A DNA stretch of 64,000 nt, from contig NC_086097.1 in NCBI RefSeq assembly GCF_963921235.1, positions 194,248,001-194,312,000 of the forward strand. The letters are read 5' to 3'. Shown here piece after piece: positions 24,100 through 36,811 of the stretch (its first letter is position 1; every line of letters begins with the position of its first letter). The DNA is from Mobula hypostoma (lineage: Eukaryota). A program made the position numbers and the translations under genes. The notes beneath the pieces are model-generated. The model had not been told where the DNA came from, ran no database searches, and saw nothing but the letters and a program-made list of their open reading frames with translations.

Positions 24100-26552
24100 A
24101 CTCTTAAAAAGAATATCAGGAGGACAACAAGACGGTACGAGATGGATCTGGCAGGTAGAGTTAAGGAAAATCCCAAGAGGTTCTATAGCCATATTAAAAG
24201 GGTGGCTTGGAGAAAGGTCCTCTTTGAGATTCGCAGACTGCCTATGTAGAGTGGGGAAGAGAGAGGAGGGGAGAGAGGTGTGCCCTGTGGCTTCCCTGTC
24301 AGAGTTGAGGTGAATTGTCTGTATGACTTGGCATTTTTGCGGTGTGGGCTGGGGTCTCGGAGACACAGGATGGTAGCAGCATGTCCGGGCCAGAGTTGCT
24401 GGAGCAGGCTTGGAAGAAATTCAATGTGGTGGAGCCGAGGCAAAGTGAACACAAGGAAAGATCCACGGTTTGAATAATTAAAGAGTTGAGCTGGAAAGGC
24501 TGGGGTACTGGTCAAATCGAGGCAGTGGAGCCCGAGGGCATAACAAATTGGCAGAGAGCAAGGAATGACCCAAAGTTTCGCCGATTTAAGCACCAGGCCA
24601 GATTAAAATGATCAGGGTGTCAGGGTCAGATGTGAGGGATGGTCTGGTTTGGCTTGGCTCACTGCTCTGCAGAGTTTGCTCGTCTCAGTGCTAGACTGAG
24701 ATCGTGGCCTGCACCTAGTGGACCTCTAGGTTGGCTGCAGTGATGCCTGGCTTTGTGGCGTGGTTTGCTCGTCTGTGCTGGACTGATGCTGTGGCCAGCA
24801 ACTAGTGGACTTCCAGATTGGCTGCAATGATGCCTGGCTTTGAGAACTTCAGTTCTAAATGCTGTTTACTTGCTTTTTTTGTTTGCACGATGTTTTTTTT
24901 CCCCCTTTCTCTGTGCACTCGGTGCTTGATTGTCTTCTTTTGCTTTTACTGGGTTCCCTTGGGTTTCTTTGTTTTGTGACTACCTGTAAGGAGACAACCT
25001 TAAGGTTGTATGAAGTATACATACTTTGATAATAAATGTATTTTGAACTTTGAGAGAGAGGTCCCCTTTGAGATTAGCATGGCTGCCTATGTCTTGAGCT
25101 ACAGGAAATGGGTGAGGTTTTTAAACAAAATCTTTCTGACTGAGAGGAAAATCATGGTTTTTCAAGATATAAGTGAAACAAATGAAGGGGGTACTTGCAG
25201 CCTTAAAGTGCACTAAGATAGATAAATCCACGGAGATTTACAGAGAGCACCTTTGTACTTTGTAGGAGGCTGGAGACGAAATTGCATGGGTCCGTGTGGA
25301 GATACTTGCTACATCACTAACTGCTGGTGAAGTTTCCAAAGACTGAAAGGTGGCTAATATTACTATGCTGTTTAAAAAAGGTAGGAAGGACAAGCCAGGG
25401 AACAACAGGCTGGTCGGCTTGACACCAGTGGTGGAGAACTTGCTGGAGGGAATCTGAGGGACAGGACCAATTAGTATTTGGATATACAGCACTTGATTAG
25501 GAGTTAGCATGGCTTTGTGATTCATAAGCTGTGCTTGATAAACATTTTAGAGCTTTTTTTTAAAAAAAAGAATTAATCCAAAATATAGATGAGTGAAGGG
25601 AGTGGATGTTGTCTATTTGACTTAAACAAAGCTTTCAACAGAAGCCTCCTATGGAATCCAGAGAGATTCAAAACTGGTTCAGAAATAGGAAGCTGAGGGT
25701 ATTGCTTGAAGGTTCTTTCTTGGGATGGAGGCTGGGTGACTAGTCTGCCACCGGGTTTAGTGTTTGGATATTTTTTATTTGTTATTTATATAAATGATTT
25801 GGATGTAAGTGCACAAAGCTTGATTGGTAAGTTTGTGAATGACACAAAATTATGAGGCGTTGATGTGGGTTATTGCAGATTGCAAAGGAAATGGTAGGAG
25901 GAGTGGATATCACTACAGATAAGTGTGAGGAGATGCAATTTGGAAAGTCAAGCCAGCACAGAATTTATGCCACGAGTGGTAGGGCACTCAGGAGTGTAAC
26001 AGAACAAAGGGACCTAGGAGTACAAGCACAACGTTTGTTGAAAGCGGCATCACAGGTAGACAGGTGTCCAGACTTGGAGTACTGGGGGCAGTTTTAGTCA
26101 CCTTGTAATAGGAAGGGCTTCATTAAACTAGAAAGGGTGCAGAAAAGATTTACAAGGATATTGCCTGGAACAAAATGCCTGAGTTACAGGGGGAGGTTGT
26201 CAAGCTAGGCCTTTATTCCTTGGAATGTGTGAGAATAAAGGTGATTATAGAAGTAGTTAAAATTGAAAGGCATAGATAAGGTTGATGGTAACAATCTTTT
26301 CCCCAGAGAAGGAGTCCAAAACTAGGGACATAATTTTAGGGTGATGGGGGAAAACCTTAAAAGGGACCTGAGGGACAACATTTTCGTGCACAGGATAGTG
26401 AGAAGAACTGGTCAATAGCATCATTTAAGAAACACTTGGATAGATATGTAAAGGTAGGAATTGGAGGGACATGGGCAAATGCAAGAAATTGGGATTAGCT
26501 GGGTAGACATCATGCTTGGGCCATAGGGTCATATTGCTCTATAACTATGACT
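24100..26552 (+). mobile_element. Degraded CR1 LINE with a nested non-autonomous element at 24248-25053
   Basis: LAGRVKENPKRFYSHIK, KFVNDTK, LEYWGQF; CR1 3' end at about 26500-26550. Confidence 0.8.
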
Positions 26553-26773
26553 GAACAGCAGCTTTCATCAACATGAAGCAAAATGATGTGAAAACTATAT
26601 CCAGACATAAACAGGTATCATAAAGAGAACCAAACATCAGACGTGCAGTTCTCTGCTGAACATTTATATTGAGAAAATAACGGAAGGGAATATGCTAAGA
26701 GAATGCAGGAGACATAACAAAAGAGAAATACATAGAAAAGTAAAATCTTAACTTTGACAGCTAAAATGTTTAC

Positions 26774-26913
26774 CTTACAATGTACCACCAACTTCGGTTG
26801 TGCTGTAATATTCCCTGCTTCATCCAACACCTCAACTTGGAATGGAAAAGCTGTTCCATTTTCAATAACTAATTTATTAGATTCGGGCTTTATCCTCAGG
26901 GTATGTGGTGGGC
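26774..26913 (-). CDS. SMCHD1: SMCHD1 exon (~human exon 23), 140 nt
   Basis: PPHTLRIKPESNKLVIENGTAFPFQVEVLDEAGNITAQPKLVVHCK; ttacag / GTAAAC. Confidence 0.95.
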
Positions 26914-27587
26914 CTGTAATTGGTAACACAACATTAGCCTTTCTATTCCATCTTATCCCTTGAGCCTTACTCCACTGTTAAGTTATAAGCTACAAACACA
27001 ATTCCCTATTGAACATTACCAATATGAAAATACTTTAACATCAATATGGATAGGCAGCTTTGGCATATTTTAACTCTGCAAGTTATCACTACTGAACTGA
27101 ACCTGCACTTCTTCTGCAAGGATTGCTAGGTAGTAGGCAATGATAAACTTCTTTTCTTTCTAACCTCTGAAAATTAGGGTAAATGTAACAACATAGTTTC
27201 ACCTTTTGACTAGCTAATAGGAAAGATAAGATCTTGCGACCTCATTCATCTGGCATCAGTTAACATAACATTTAACTGCACAATTATTTAAAAAAAACTG
27301 CTTAGAAGATTTTTGCACCTCCTCTTACTGGGGAAGCCAGCAACTCAATGCCAAGCTGCTCCTCAATGCCACTGTCAACTACCTGCAAGTGTCAGAAAAT
27401 TTAAGGACAGGACATTTGATAATTTGCATCAGCTCCATTACCCCAAAAGGCTTTTTATATTGGTACCTTCATTCCTACATTACTACAGGTTCACTTCACG
27501 TGAAAAGATCTATACATGTGTCTTGAATATACTTACAAATCAAATGCACACCAAATTTTTGGAATAGGTGCGTAAATCATTGATACA

Positions 27588-28203
27588 TAGTAGCGCAATG
27601 CTTTACAGCACCAGCATTCGGGGTTCAATTCCAGCCACTAGTTGAAAGGAGCTTATAAGGCCATAAGATATAGGAGCAGAAGTAGGCCATTCTGCCCATC
27701 GAGTCTGCTCCACCATTCAACCATGGGCTGATCCAATTCTTCCAGTCATCCCCATTCCCCTGCCTTCTCCCCATACTCTTTGATGCCCTGGCTAATCAAG
27801 AACCTATCTATCTCTGCCTTAAATGACTCGTCTTCCACAGCCGTTCATGGCAGCAAATTCCACAGATTTACCACCGACTAAAGTAATTTCTCCGCATCTC
27901 TGTTCTAAATGGACTCCTTCAATCCTGAAGTCGTGCCCTCTTGTCCTAAACTCCCCTACCATGGGAAATAACTTTGCCATACCTAATCTGTTCTGTGACC
28001 CAGATGATTTCCTCTGTATCCTCTGGTTTCCTCCCAAATTCCAAAGACATACAAGTTAGCAGCTGTGGATATGCTATGTTGGTGCCGGAAGCATGGGGAC
28101 ACTCATGACCTGTCCCCAGCACATCCTTGGACTGAGTTGGTTATTGACGCAAATAACACATTTCACTATGTTTCGAAGTATATGTGACAAATAAAGATAA
28201 TCA
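27588..28203 (+). mobile_element. tRNA-headed V-SINE-like element interrupted by a minus-strand CR1 3' end (~27656-27993)
   Basis: B box ggttcaattcc; V-like core ggtttcctcccaaattccaaagac; tail gtgacaaataaagataatc. Confidence 0.7.
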
Positions 28204-28324
28204 TCTTAATAAGTACATTATCAGCTTGGCACATAGATGAAGATATGTAAAATGGTTATGTTGACAATAATATTTGCTTTCTGATGTGCATTAAAATGCA
28301 TTTCCAGAACTTTGCATTTCTTAA

Positions 28325-30800
28325 TCATAAAGTTATAGAACACTACAGTACAGAATTAGATCCTTCAGCCTATCTAGTCCATTCTGAACCATTAAACTGC
28401 CTAGCCCCGCTGACCTGCACACAGACCATAGTTCTCCACACCCTTCCTATCCATGTACCTGTCCACATTTCTCTTCACTTGCGCTGACAACTCGTCCACA
28501 CTCTCACCACTCTGAGTGAAGAAGTCCCCTTTAAATATTTTACTTTTCACCCTTACCCCATGATCTCTAGTTGTAGTCTCACTCAACCTCAGTGGGAAAA
28601 GCCTGCTTACATTTACTCTATTTATAGCCCTCATAATTTTATCACAAGCAAGATAAATTCTTCAGATGCTGGAAATCCAAGCAACACACACAAAATGCTG
28701 AGGAACTCAGCAGGCCAAGGCAGCACCAATGGGAAAAACTATACTTTTTTCCCCCCACATGGACACTGCCTGGCCTGCCGAGTTCCTCCAGCATTTTGTG
28801 TGTTGCCCTCATAAGTTAATACACTATCAAATCTCCCCTCTATCATCTACATTCTAGGGAATAAAGTCCTAACATTTTCAAACTTTCCCTATAATTTAGG
28901 TCCTCAGGCACCAGCAACATCCTCATACATTTTCTCTGCACTCAATCAATTTCTTTTACATCTTTCCTGTAGGTAGGTGACCAAAACTGGACATTGTACT
29001 CCAGATGAGACTTCACGAACATCTTATAAAATTTCAGCATAACATCCCAACCCTGTAGCAATACATTGATTTATGAAGGCCAACGTGCCAAAAGCTTTAC
29101 GATCCTATCTACCTGAGACACCACTTCCAAGAAATTATGGATTCCTCTGTTCTACTGCACTCCTTAGTGCCTTGCTGCTCACCATGTAAGACCTAGCCTG
29201 ACTGATCCTCCAAAAGTGTTAACACCTCCAACTTGTCTGCATTAAATTCCACCTGCAATTTCTAACCCATTTCACCAGCTGATCTAGATCCTGCTGCAAC
29301 CTTCGATAGTCATCTTCTCTGCTCACTACACCCCCAATCTCAGTGTCACAGAAACAGAGAAAACCTACAGCACAATACAGGCCCTTCAGCCCACAAAACT
29401 GTGCCGAACATGTCCTTACCTTAGAAGTGACCTACCGTTACCCATTGCCCTCTGTTTTTCTGAGCTCCATGTACCTATCCAGGAGTCTCTTAAAAGACCC
29501 TATCGTATCTGCCTCCACCACCATCACCAGCAGCCCACTTCATGCACTCACCACTCTCTGTGTAAAAAAACTTACCCTGACATCTCCTCTGTACCTACTT
29601 CCAAGCACTTTAAAACTGTGCCCTCTTGCTCTAGCCATTTCAGCCTATGAAAAAGCCTCTGCTTATCCACACGATCAATGCCTCTCATCACCTTATACAC
29701 CTCTATCAGGTCACCTCTCACCCTCCGTCACCCCGAGTAGAAAAGGCCAAGCTCACTCAGCCTATTCTCATAAGGCATGCCCCCCAATCGTAGCACCATC
29801 CTTGTAAATCTCCTCTGCACTCCTTCTATGGTTTCCACATCCTGCCTGTAGCGAGGGGACCAGAACTGAGCACAGCACTCCAAGTGGGGTCTGACCAGGG
29901 TCCAATATAGCTGCAGCATTACCTCTCTGCTCCTAAACTCAATCCCATGATTGATGAAGGCCAATGCACCGTATACCTTCGTAGCCAGAGAGTCAACCTG
30001 CGCAGCTGCTTTGAGTGTCCTATGAACTTGGACCCCAAGATCCCTCTGATCCTCCACACTGCCATCTGAAAATTTTCTAATCATGCTTAATTATCATTGT
30101 TGATAAAGATGACAAAGAACAACGGACACAGCACCAATTCCTGCAGCACACTACTAGTCACAGGCCTTCAGTCAGAGGTAACCATCTACAATGTCCAATT
30201 CAATTTATTATCTCATCTTCAATGCCAAGTGACTGAACCTTCTTGACTCCTATGTGGGACCTTGTCAAAGGCGCTGCTAAAGTCCACGTAGACAACATCC
30301 ACTGCCTTTGCCTGTATAAGCTTTTCTGGTAACTTTAGTTAGACATGACTTATCACGCACAAAGCCATGTTGACTATCCCTAATCAGTACCTATTCATTC
30401 AAATACTTTTACATCCAGTCCCTTAGAATACCTTCCAATAACTTTCCGACTACTGGGATAAGGCTCACCAGCCTATAATTTCCTGGTTTATTCTTAGAGC
30501 CTTTCTTAAACAACAGAACATTAGAACATAGAACATAGAACATAGCTATCGTCCAATCCTCCAGCACCTCACCCGTGGCTAAGTATTCCTGCTATTTCTG
30601 TAGCAGCTTCCCAAAGAGTTTTGGGGAACACACTGTCAGGGCTTGGAGATTTATCCACCCTAAATTGCCTCTAGTTGTTAGTAAACAACTCCACCTCAGT
30701 AATCTGTATAGGATCCATGACCTTGCTGCTGCATTGCCTCTTTATCTGTCACCCGAGTAAACACAGATGGAAGAAATCCATTCAAGATGTTCCCCATTGG
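28325..30800 (-). mobile_element. Degraded CR1 LINE with a nested younger CR1 (~29349-30062) and a foldback insertion (28643-28806)
   Basis: ORF 29728-30084 LVRPHLECCAQFWSP; inner tail cagaaacagagaaaacctacagc. Confidence 0.85.
28643..28806. repeat. Penelope-derived foldback (inverted repeat) element
   Basis: Arms 28681-28723 and 28766-28806 are reverse complements; flanked by a gccctcataa duplication. Confidence 0.8.
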
Positions 30801-31054
30801 TTTCGGCTTTAGAATAGTGATCTTCCAGAGCACTAACAGAAGGCTTATTAGCATTGCACAAGGAGCAAGGGGTTGAACAAGAGTTGCAGTGGGATGGGAA
30901 CCAGAACTTAGAGTAGTTGTGGAGAAAGATGTTGGAGTGGGGGTGGAAAATAAATGAAGGCAAAACTGGTATGAACTTTCCCTTAAAAACAATGTTATCT
31001 CTGATGTTGTTTAGGGAAGGTTGGTGGGTGATGGACGTGTGCCAGTTTAGTCAC

Positions 31055-31278
31055 GTGGCCAAGTGGTTAAGGCGTTCGTCTAGTGATCTGAAGGTCGCTA
31101 GTTCGAGCCTCAGCTGTGGCAGCGTGTCTGTGTCCTTGAGCAAGGCACTTAACCACACATTGCTCTAGTGTCTGTGGGAGGAGTGGTGCCCCACACAGAC
31201 TTCCAATCTGCGCCTTGTAAGGCATGAAAATGCCCGACGCAGGCTTCTTATGGTCTGAGTCGACATTCCCTCCCTCCC
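31055..31278 (+). mobile_element. tRNA-derived SINE with a CORE-like domain
   Basis: A box TGGCCAAGTGG, B box GTTCGAGCC, gtgtccttgagcaaggcacttaacc, (ccct)n tail, ttagtcac TSD. Confidence 0.85.
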
Positions 31279-31348
31279 TTAGTCACATGAGGAAAGAGGG
31301 ATTGTTGCCACAGAGAAGCAAACTTTAGATAAAGTTATTCAGTTTTAT

Positions 31349-32461
31349 ACATAGAACATAGAATAGTACAGCACAGTACAGGCCCTTCGGCCCACAATGT
31401 TGTGCCAACCCTCAAACCCTGCCTCCCATATAAGCCCCCTTAAATTCCTCCATATACCTGTCTAGTAGTCCCTTAAATTTCACTAGCGTACCTGCCTCCA
31501 CCACTGACTCAGGCAGTGCATTCCACGCACCAACCACTCTCTGAGTAAAAAACCTTCCACTAATATCCCCCTTGAACTTCCCACCCCTTACCTTAAAGCC
31601 ATGTCCTCTTGTATTGAGCAGTGGTGCCCTGGGGAAGAGGCACTGGCTATCCACTCCATCTATTCCTCTTATTATCTTGTACACCTCTATCATGTCTCCT
31701 CTCATCCTCCTTCTCTCCAAAGAGTAAAGCCCTAGCTCCCTTAATCTCTGATCATAATGCATACTTTCTAAACCAGGCAGCATCCTGGTAAATCTCCTCG
31801 GTACCCTTTCCAATGCTTCCACATCCTTCCTGTAGTGAGGTGACCAGAACTGGACACAGTACTCCAAGTGTGGCCTAACCAGAGTTTTATAGAGCTGCAT
31901 CATTACATTGCGACTCTTAAACTCTATCCCTCGACTTATGAAAGCTAACACCCCATAAGCTTTCTTAACTACCCTATCCACCTGTGAGGCAACTTTCAGG
32001 GATCTGTGGACATGTACCCCCAGATCCCTCTGCTCCTCAACAATACCAAGTATCCTGCCATTTACTTTGTACTCTGCCTTGGAGTTTGTCCTTCCAAAGT
32101 GTACCACCTCACACCTCTCCGGGTTGAACTCCATCTGCCACTTCTCAGCCCACTTCTGCATCCTATCGATATCTCTCTGCAATCTTTGACAATCCTCTAC
32201 ACTATCTACAAGACCACCAACCTTTGTGTCATCTGCAAACTTGCCAACCCACCCTTCTACCCCCACATCCAGGTTGTTAATAAAAATCACGAAAAGTAGA
32301 GGTCCCAGAACAGATCCTTGTGGGACACCACTAGTCACAATCCTCCAATCTGAATGTACTCCCTCCACCACCACCCTCTGCCTTCTGCAGGCAAGCCAAT
32401 TCTGACTCCACCTGGCCAAACTTCCCTGGATCCCATGCCTTCTAACTTTCTGAATAAGCCT
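31349..32461 (-). mobile_element. Young 5'-truncated CR1 LINE with an uninterrupted 335-codon RT C-terminal frame
   Basis: SGVPQGSVLGPLLF, KFADDTK, LVRPHLEYCVQFWSP; (ttctatg)n tail. Confidence 0.95.
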
Positions 32462-33257
32462 GAATATTCATTATTTGTAATCATTTGATGAAGGCTGGCT
32501 GACTGAGTACTGGATTATATGTAGCTACCAGACTAACTTATCCTTTAAGTTGGAACTGACAAAACATTAAACTGTTTAGAACTTCTTGAATTTATAAGCA
32601 GGAACATTTTCTATGAGTTTTACAATGCTAATTTAATCTTAAAAAATCAATGTCAATTGATCTAGGGTACAGTGGCTTATTGGTTAAGTTAATGGCCTTC
32701 ATCCAGAAGCCTGGAATATTGATAAGGAAGCCGGAGCTCAAAGTGGGAGATAGGGAATATAAATTTCAGCAATAAAATATTTAAGAATAAAAGCTATTAG
32801 GCAGTTGTTCCAAAATCTATTTGGTTCATTAATATCTTTTAGCCATCTACCATTTTATCTAGTGCATGACATGAGAATCAAAAATGCAGTCAATTCTTAA
32901 ACTGTCTTCTAAAGCAGCCTTGCAAACCATTCAGCTTATGGTTAATGGCGTACAACTCAAGTGAAAACCAAAATGCTATGAATAAATTGTGATATTATGA
33001 ATGTAATGTCACTGACAAGTACACAAAAATCTGCATGCGGGTAACATGCCAGAAATCAATCCTTCAGTATCAAAATGTGCCACTTGTCCACGAAATTCTT
33101 CTGGTGAATTTCAAGCATTCTGGCACAGTTCTTTTCAACTCAAATGTTATAAACACACACACAGAATGATACCACTGCACCTGTTATATATGCTACATTT
33201 AATAATTAAATTTTTTTCATACAAACTTCCAAAAAATTGTGAAATTCAGGAACTTAC

Positions 33258-33330
33258 CAGGCAGCAGCCGGATTCTTAATATCTCAGTATCTTGCTTCAA
33301 TCCAGGTAAGATAACTTTAAGTGCAAAGTT
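33258..33330 (-). CDS. SMCHD1: SMCHD1 exon (~human exon 22), 73 nt
   Basis: NFALKVILPGLKQDTEILRIRLLP(G); tttatag / GTAAGT. Confidence 0.94.
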
Positions 33331-33620
33331 CTATAAAAAAAACAATTGAACAATTAATGGATCATATGCATTAATGGTGCTATTTCCAGATTGAAATTTA
33401 ACAAACTTTTACAGGCAGCAACATTAGAAATCAAATTGTATGGCCTTTCATCTGTTAAATACAGTTAGAAGACAAGAGAATAAAATTGAAGTAAAATATA
33501 CAGATGCTCACATCTTTATGGACCAAGATAATTAAAATCATACACTAATAGGGGGAAAAGCAGTTGAATTAGTGAACTTCAACCAGAGAATTTAAGGGGA
33601 TTATCTATAATTAAACATAC

Positions 33621-33720
33621 CTTGCCTTGACAGCTGTTCACAGGACCTCTGGCAATTATACCTTTAATGATAAAACTTGTTCCTTTGGCCACAAATGTTT
33701 CATAACGCAGCTCTAACCCA
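33621..33720 (-). CDS. SMCHD1: SMCHD1 exon (~human exon 21), 100 nt
   Basis: [33 protein letters not shown]; tttgcag / GTATGT. Confidence 0.94.
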
Positions 33721-33850
33721 CTGCAAAAAACAATTATATTAGAATAGGTTACTTCTATATACAAGCAAAGTAATTTTGGAAGGAATAAGTAGGCCTTTTT
33801 CAGGCTGGGAAGTGGTAACTAGTGGAGTTCTTAGACTTCAATTACCTATA

Positions 33851-33985
33851 AGTCCTGCCAAAGAGTGTCAGCCCGAAACGTCAAATATATTTTTTTTCCA
33901 TAGATGCTGCCTGGCCTGCTGAGTTCTTCCAGCATTTTGTGTGTGTTGCTTGGATTTCCAGCATCTGCAGGTTCTCTTTTGTTTA
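33851..33985 (+). mobile_element. Penelope-derived 3'-end fragment with a degenerate hammerhead, inside a degraded CR1 (~33775-34600)
   Basis: gtcCTGCCAAagagtgtcagcccGAAAcgtc...gatgctgcctggcctgctgagtt. Confidence 0.75.
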
Positions 33986-35474
33986 TATATGTGAGTGATT
34001 CGGCATCCAATTTTGCCAATGCCACAAAATAACTGTGAGGGCATGCCACCATGAGAATATTTAGGATACAGATTGCTTTGAGTGTGCACTACTTGTCATG
34101 TTTCATTTAGTGTAGTAAAGTTCAAAGTCATGCAGTTCAGGATAAGGAATTAAAAGCCATATAATTATTTAAATAAAGCAATCATTTAACTGCAAATTAG
34201 GGAAGCTGATGTGATGTGTGAATCACAAGAAGTGAACAGGCAAGTGTATCAAGTAGCTAGGAAAGTAAATGGCATATTAGCATATTGCAAGGAAGTTGGA
34301 GTTCAGAAATAAGGAGAATTTTTTATAATTGTACAGGGTAGTGGGGAAACACAAATGTAATGTGCATATTTTAGTCTTCTTACTTAAATGAATATACTAC
34401 AATTGGAGATAGTGCATAGCAAGATTCATTCAAACCAGTTTTTAAAATTATGGGAGGTATTGCTAGACAACCAGTATCTTCTTCTGAAGGATGTAAAGTC
34501 TTATACCAGAAGGCATGCATTGTAAGCCAGAGGGGTAAAGTTCAAAGGAGATGTGCAGGGCAAGCTAATTTTTTTTAAAAAAGAAACTCGAAGTGATGGG
34601 TGCTTCTTTGTAACTTCAAACACAATCAAATCATGCATGATATTCCTTATTCCAAGTGATATAGCCTGAGATGGTATAATCTCCTGTCATAATTTAACTC
34701 TCTCAGTCCAGGAAAATCAAACTGTAAATATTAATCATTTGGAGAACTCCACATTCAGCCCGAATAATGCAGTTCAGAGATATGGAGAGGTTAAGTTAGA
34801 GTGCAAACAGAAGGACAAACTGCCCATATTCAAAAGATATACAAGATTAAGAAACATCTATTGACCAACAGGAAATACAGGGAGATAGTTACATCCAGGT
34901 GCAGGACACAGGTAACAGCTAACTGTCAGGAAGGGGAAAAGGGGATTGGCAGCCAGTGCAGAGTACCCTTGTGGCCCTTCCCCTCAACAAAGAGTATACT
35001 GCTTTGGATATTGCTGAGGGGAAGGGTGGGTTGACCTAACAGAGGAAAGCCACAAGGGTCAGGTCTATGTGGCCAGAAGGTCTTTCATTGATGTTATTAT
35101 GATTCTTCAATTTTCTCAGCATGCCCACAAGAAAATGAATCTCTGGGTTTTATATGGTGATATATATGTACTTTGATAATAAATTTACTTTGAACCTTAC
35201 AGAAACTCAAAATCATGAAGAACAAGGATAAGGTGGTTGGTCACAGTCCCCCCCGGGTAGAAGGGTTAAAACTATAGGACATAAATTTAAGCTGAGAGGA
35301 AAGATTTAAAGAGGACATGAAGGATAGGTTTTTCACTGGACGAAATGAGCTACCAGAAATATGTTGGATAATTGCAAATTTATACTACTTTAGGTCAAGA
35401 GTGGAAATGGTGGGGAAATCAAAAATGTTATCAAATGCTTTTCTGAAGTACAGCAGAATTATTTGTTGCAATAC

Positions 35475-35619
35475 CTTGCTTCCACAATTGGTTTGATATC
35501 AGTGGTTGGTTGTGTTGAATGTCCAAATTCATCCTGCAGGTCCAGAGGAATATTGAAAGGGACAGCAATACGAAATGGAGGATCCAGCATTCCCACTGTA
35601 AATTTATCAGGTTTGCCCT
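35475..35619 (-). CDS. SMCHD1: SMCHD1 exon (~human exon 20), 145 nt
   Basis: [47 protein letters not shown](S); cttaag / GTATTG. Confidence 0.93.
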
Positions 35620-36039
35620 CTTAAGAGGAAAGAAATATCAATCTCAAAATAGTGCACAAATTGAAAAACATATTGGAAACAAAATCTGTTCAGGAAGCTA
35701 ATCTCTAGTCAATGAATATTAGAGCAGAAATCAAATTAATATAGTAACATGCAAGTACAAAAGACCAAGGACACAGTAATGCCTTGATCTTAGTGGCAAG
35801 GGGCTCTACGCTGCAAAGAGACCAGTCACTGCTGTTACATGCAGGGTAAGGCACATCGAGGAGAGCAAGAGGGCAATTGTAAGGGTAAGGCAGTGGAAGT
35901 TGACTGCACAGAAGTTAGCAAGGCATTTGAAAAGGTCTTTCAAGGTAGAGTGACCCAGATGTCCTTGCCCACAGCCTTCTCCTCACTTTCATCAGAACCC
36001 CTTGCACCACCAACTTTTTCTGTTCCTTGAAACTCATTC

Positions 36040-36706
36040 GATGACAGCGCACGTGGCCTCTCCGGTGATATCTGTAATCTGTTAAGTAGGGGACCATGCA
36101 CAATTCTGATTTGACGAAGACAGACGTGAGTGCACAGCGGAACATCTGGAAAACTTCTGAAACGTCTGCTTTGCTACTGCTGCTACTACGTGGTAACCGG
36201 AATCTCTGGAGCTGAAGGCCTCGAAATCCTCGGCTTTGCGTGGTTCAGCAGCCGGGGAGAGGTTGAAGGCGCTCGGCAGAGGATGGCACTCGGGAGGCTG
36301 TATCAGAGAGGCTGCTCGGAAGCTCGGAGTTTTCGGATGGATGGACTCAGGGTTGGCTGGGGTCGGCTGCTTCCAAGGTATCGGCAAGTTGACGGTGCCT
36401 GGAGGTTTATGGCAGGGAGTTTCTCCCTTTTGCTGTAGGTATCGGGGACTCGGGAGTCGATCGACTCGGGGACTTTGAGACTATTTTTTTTACTGTGCCT
36501 ATGGACTGTTCTTCATCAAATTATGGTATTGCTTTGCACTGCTGTAACCATATGTTATAATTATGTGGTTTTGTCAGTGTTAGTCTTTGGTCTGTCTTGT
36601 TTTTTGTGCTATCACGCCAGAGAAACATTGTATCATTTCTTAATGCATGTATGCATTTCTAAATAACAATAAAAGAGGACTGAGTGTTCTCATAATCTAA
36701 TCTAAT
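36040..36706 (+). mobile_element. Non-autonomous retroposon with a Rex1-like tail and (taatc)n end
   Basis: CpG-rich non-coding body; acaataaaagaggactgagtgttctcataatctaatctaatc; tcattc direct repeat at both ends. Confidence 0.65.
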
Positions 36707-36811
36707 CATTCAGGTATGCCCACTATACTCTGACCTTTTTGACAGACAATCAGATAACCTCAAGACAATCTTTTAAGATTCTCTAAAATACATCCCTCTC
36801 CCATTATTTAC

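Noticed and set aside
31055..31125. tRNA gene (AGT anticodon-like loop)
   Set aside because: No proper acceptor stem or poly-T terminator; continues into a SINE body with a TSD
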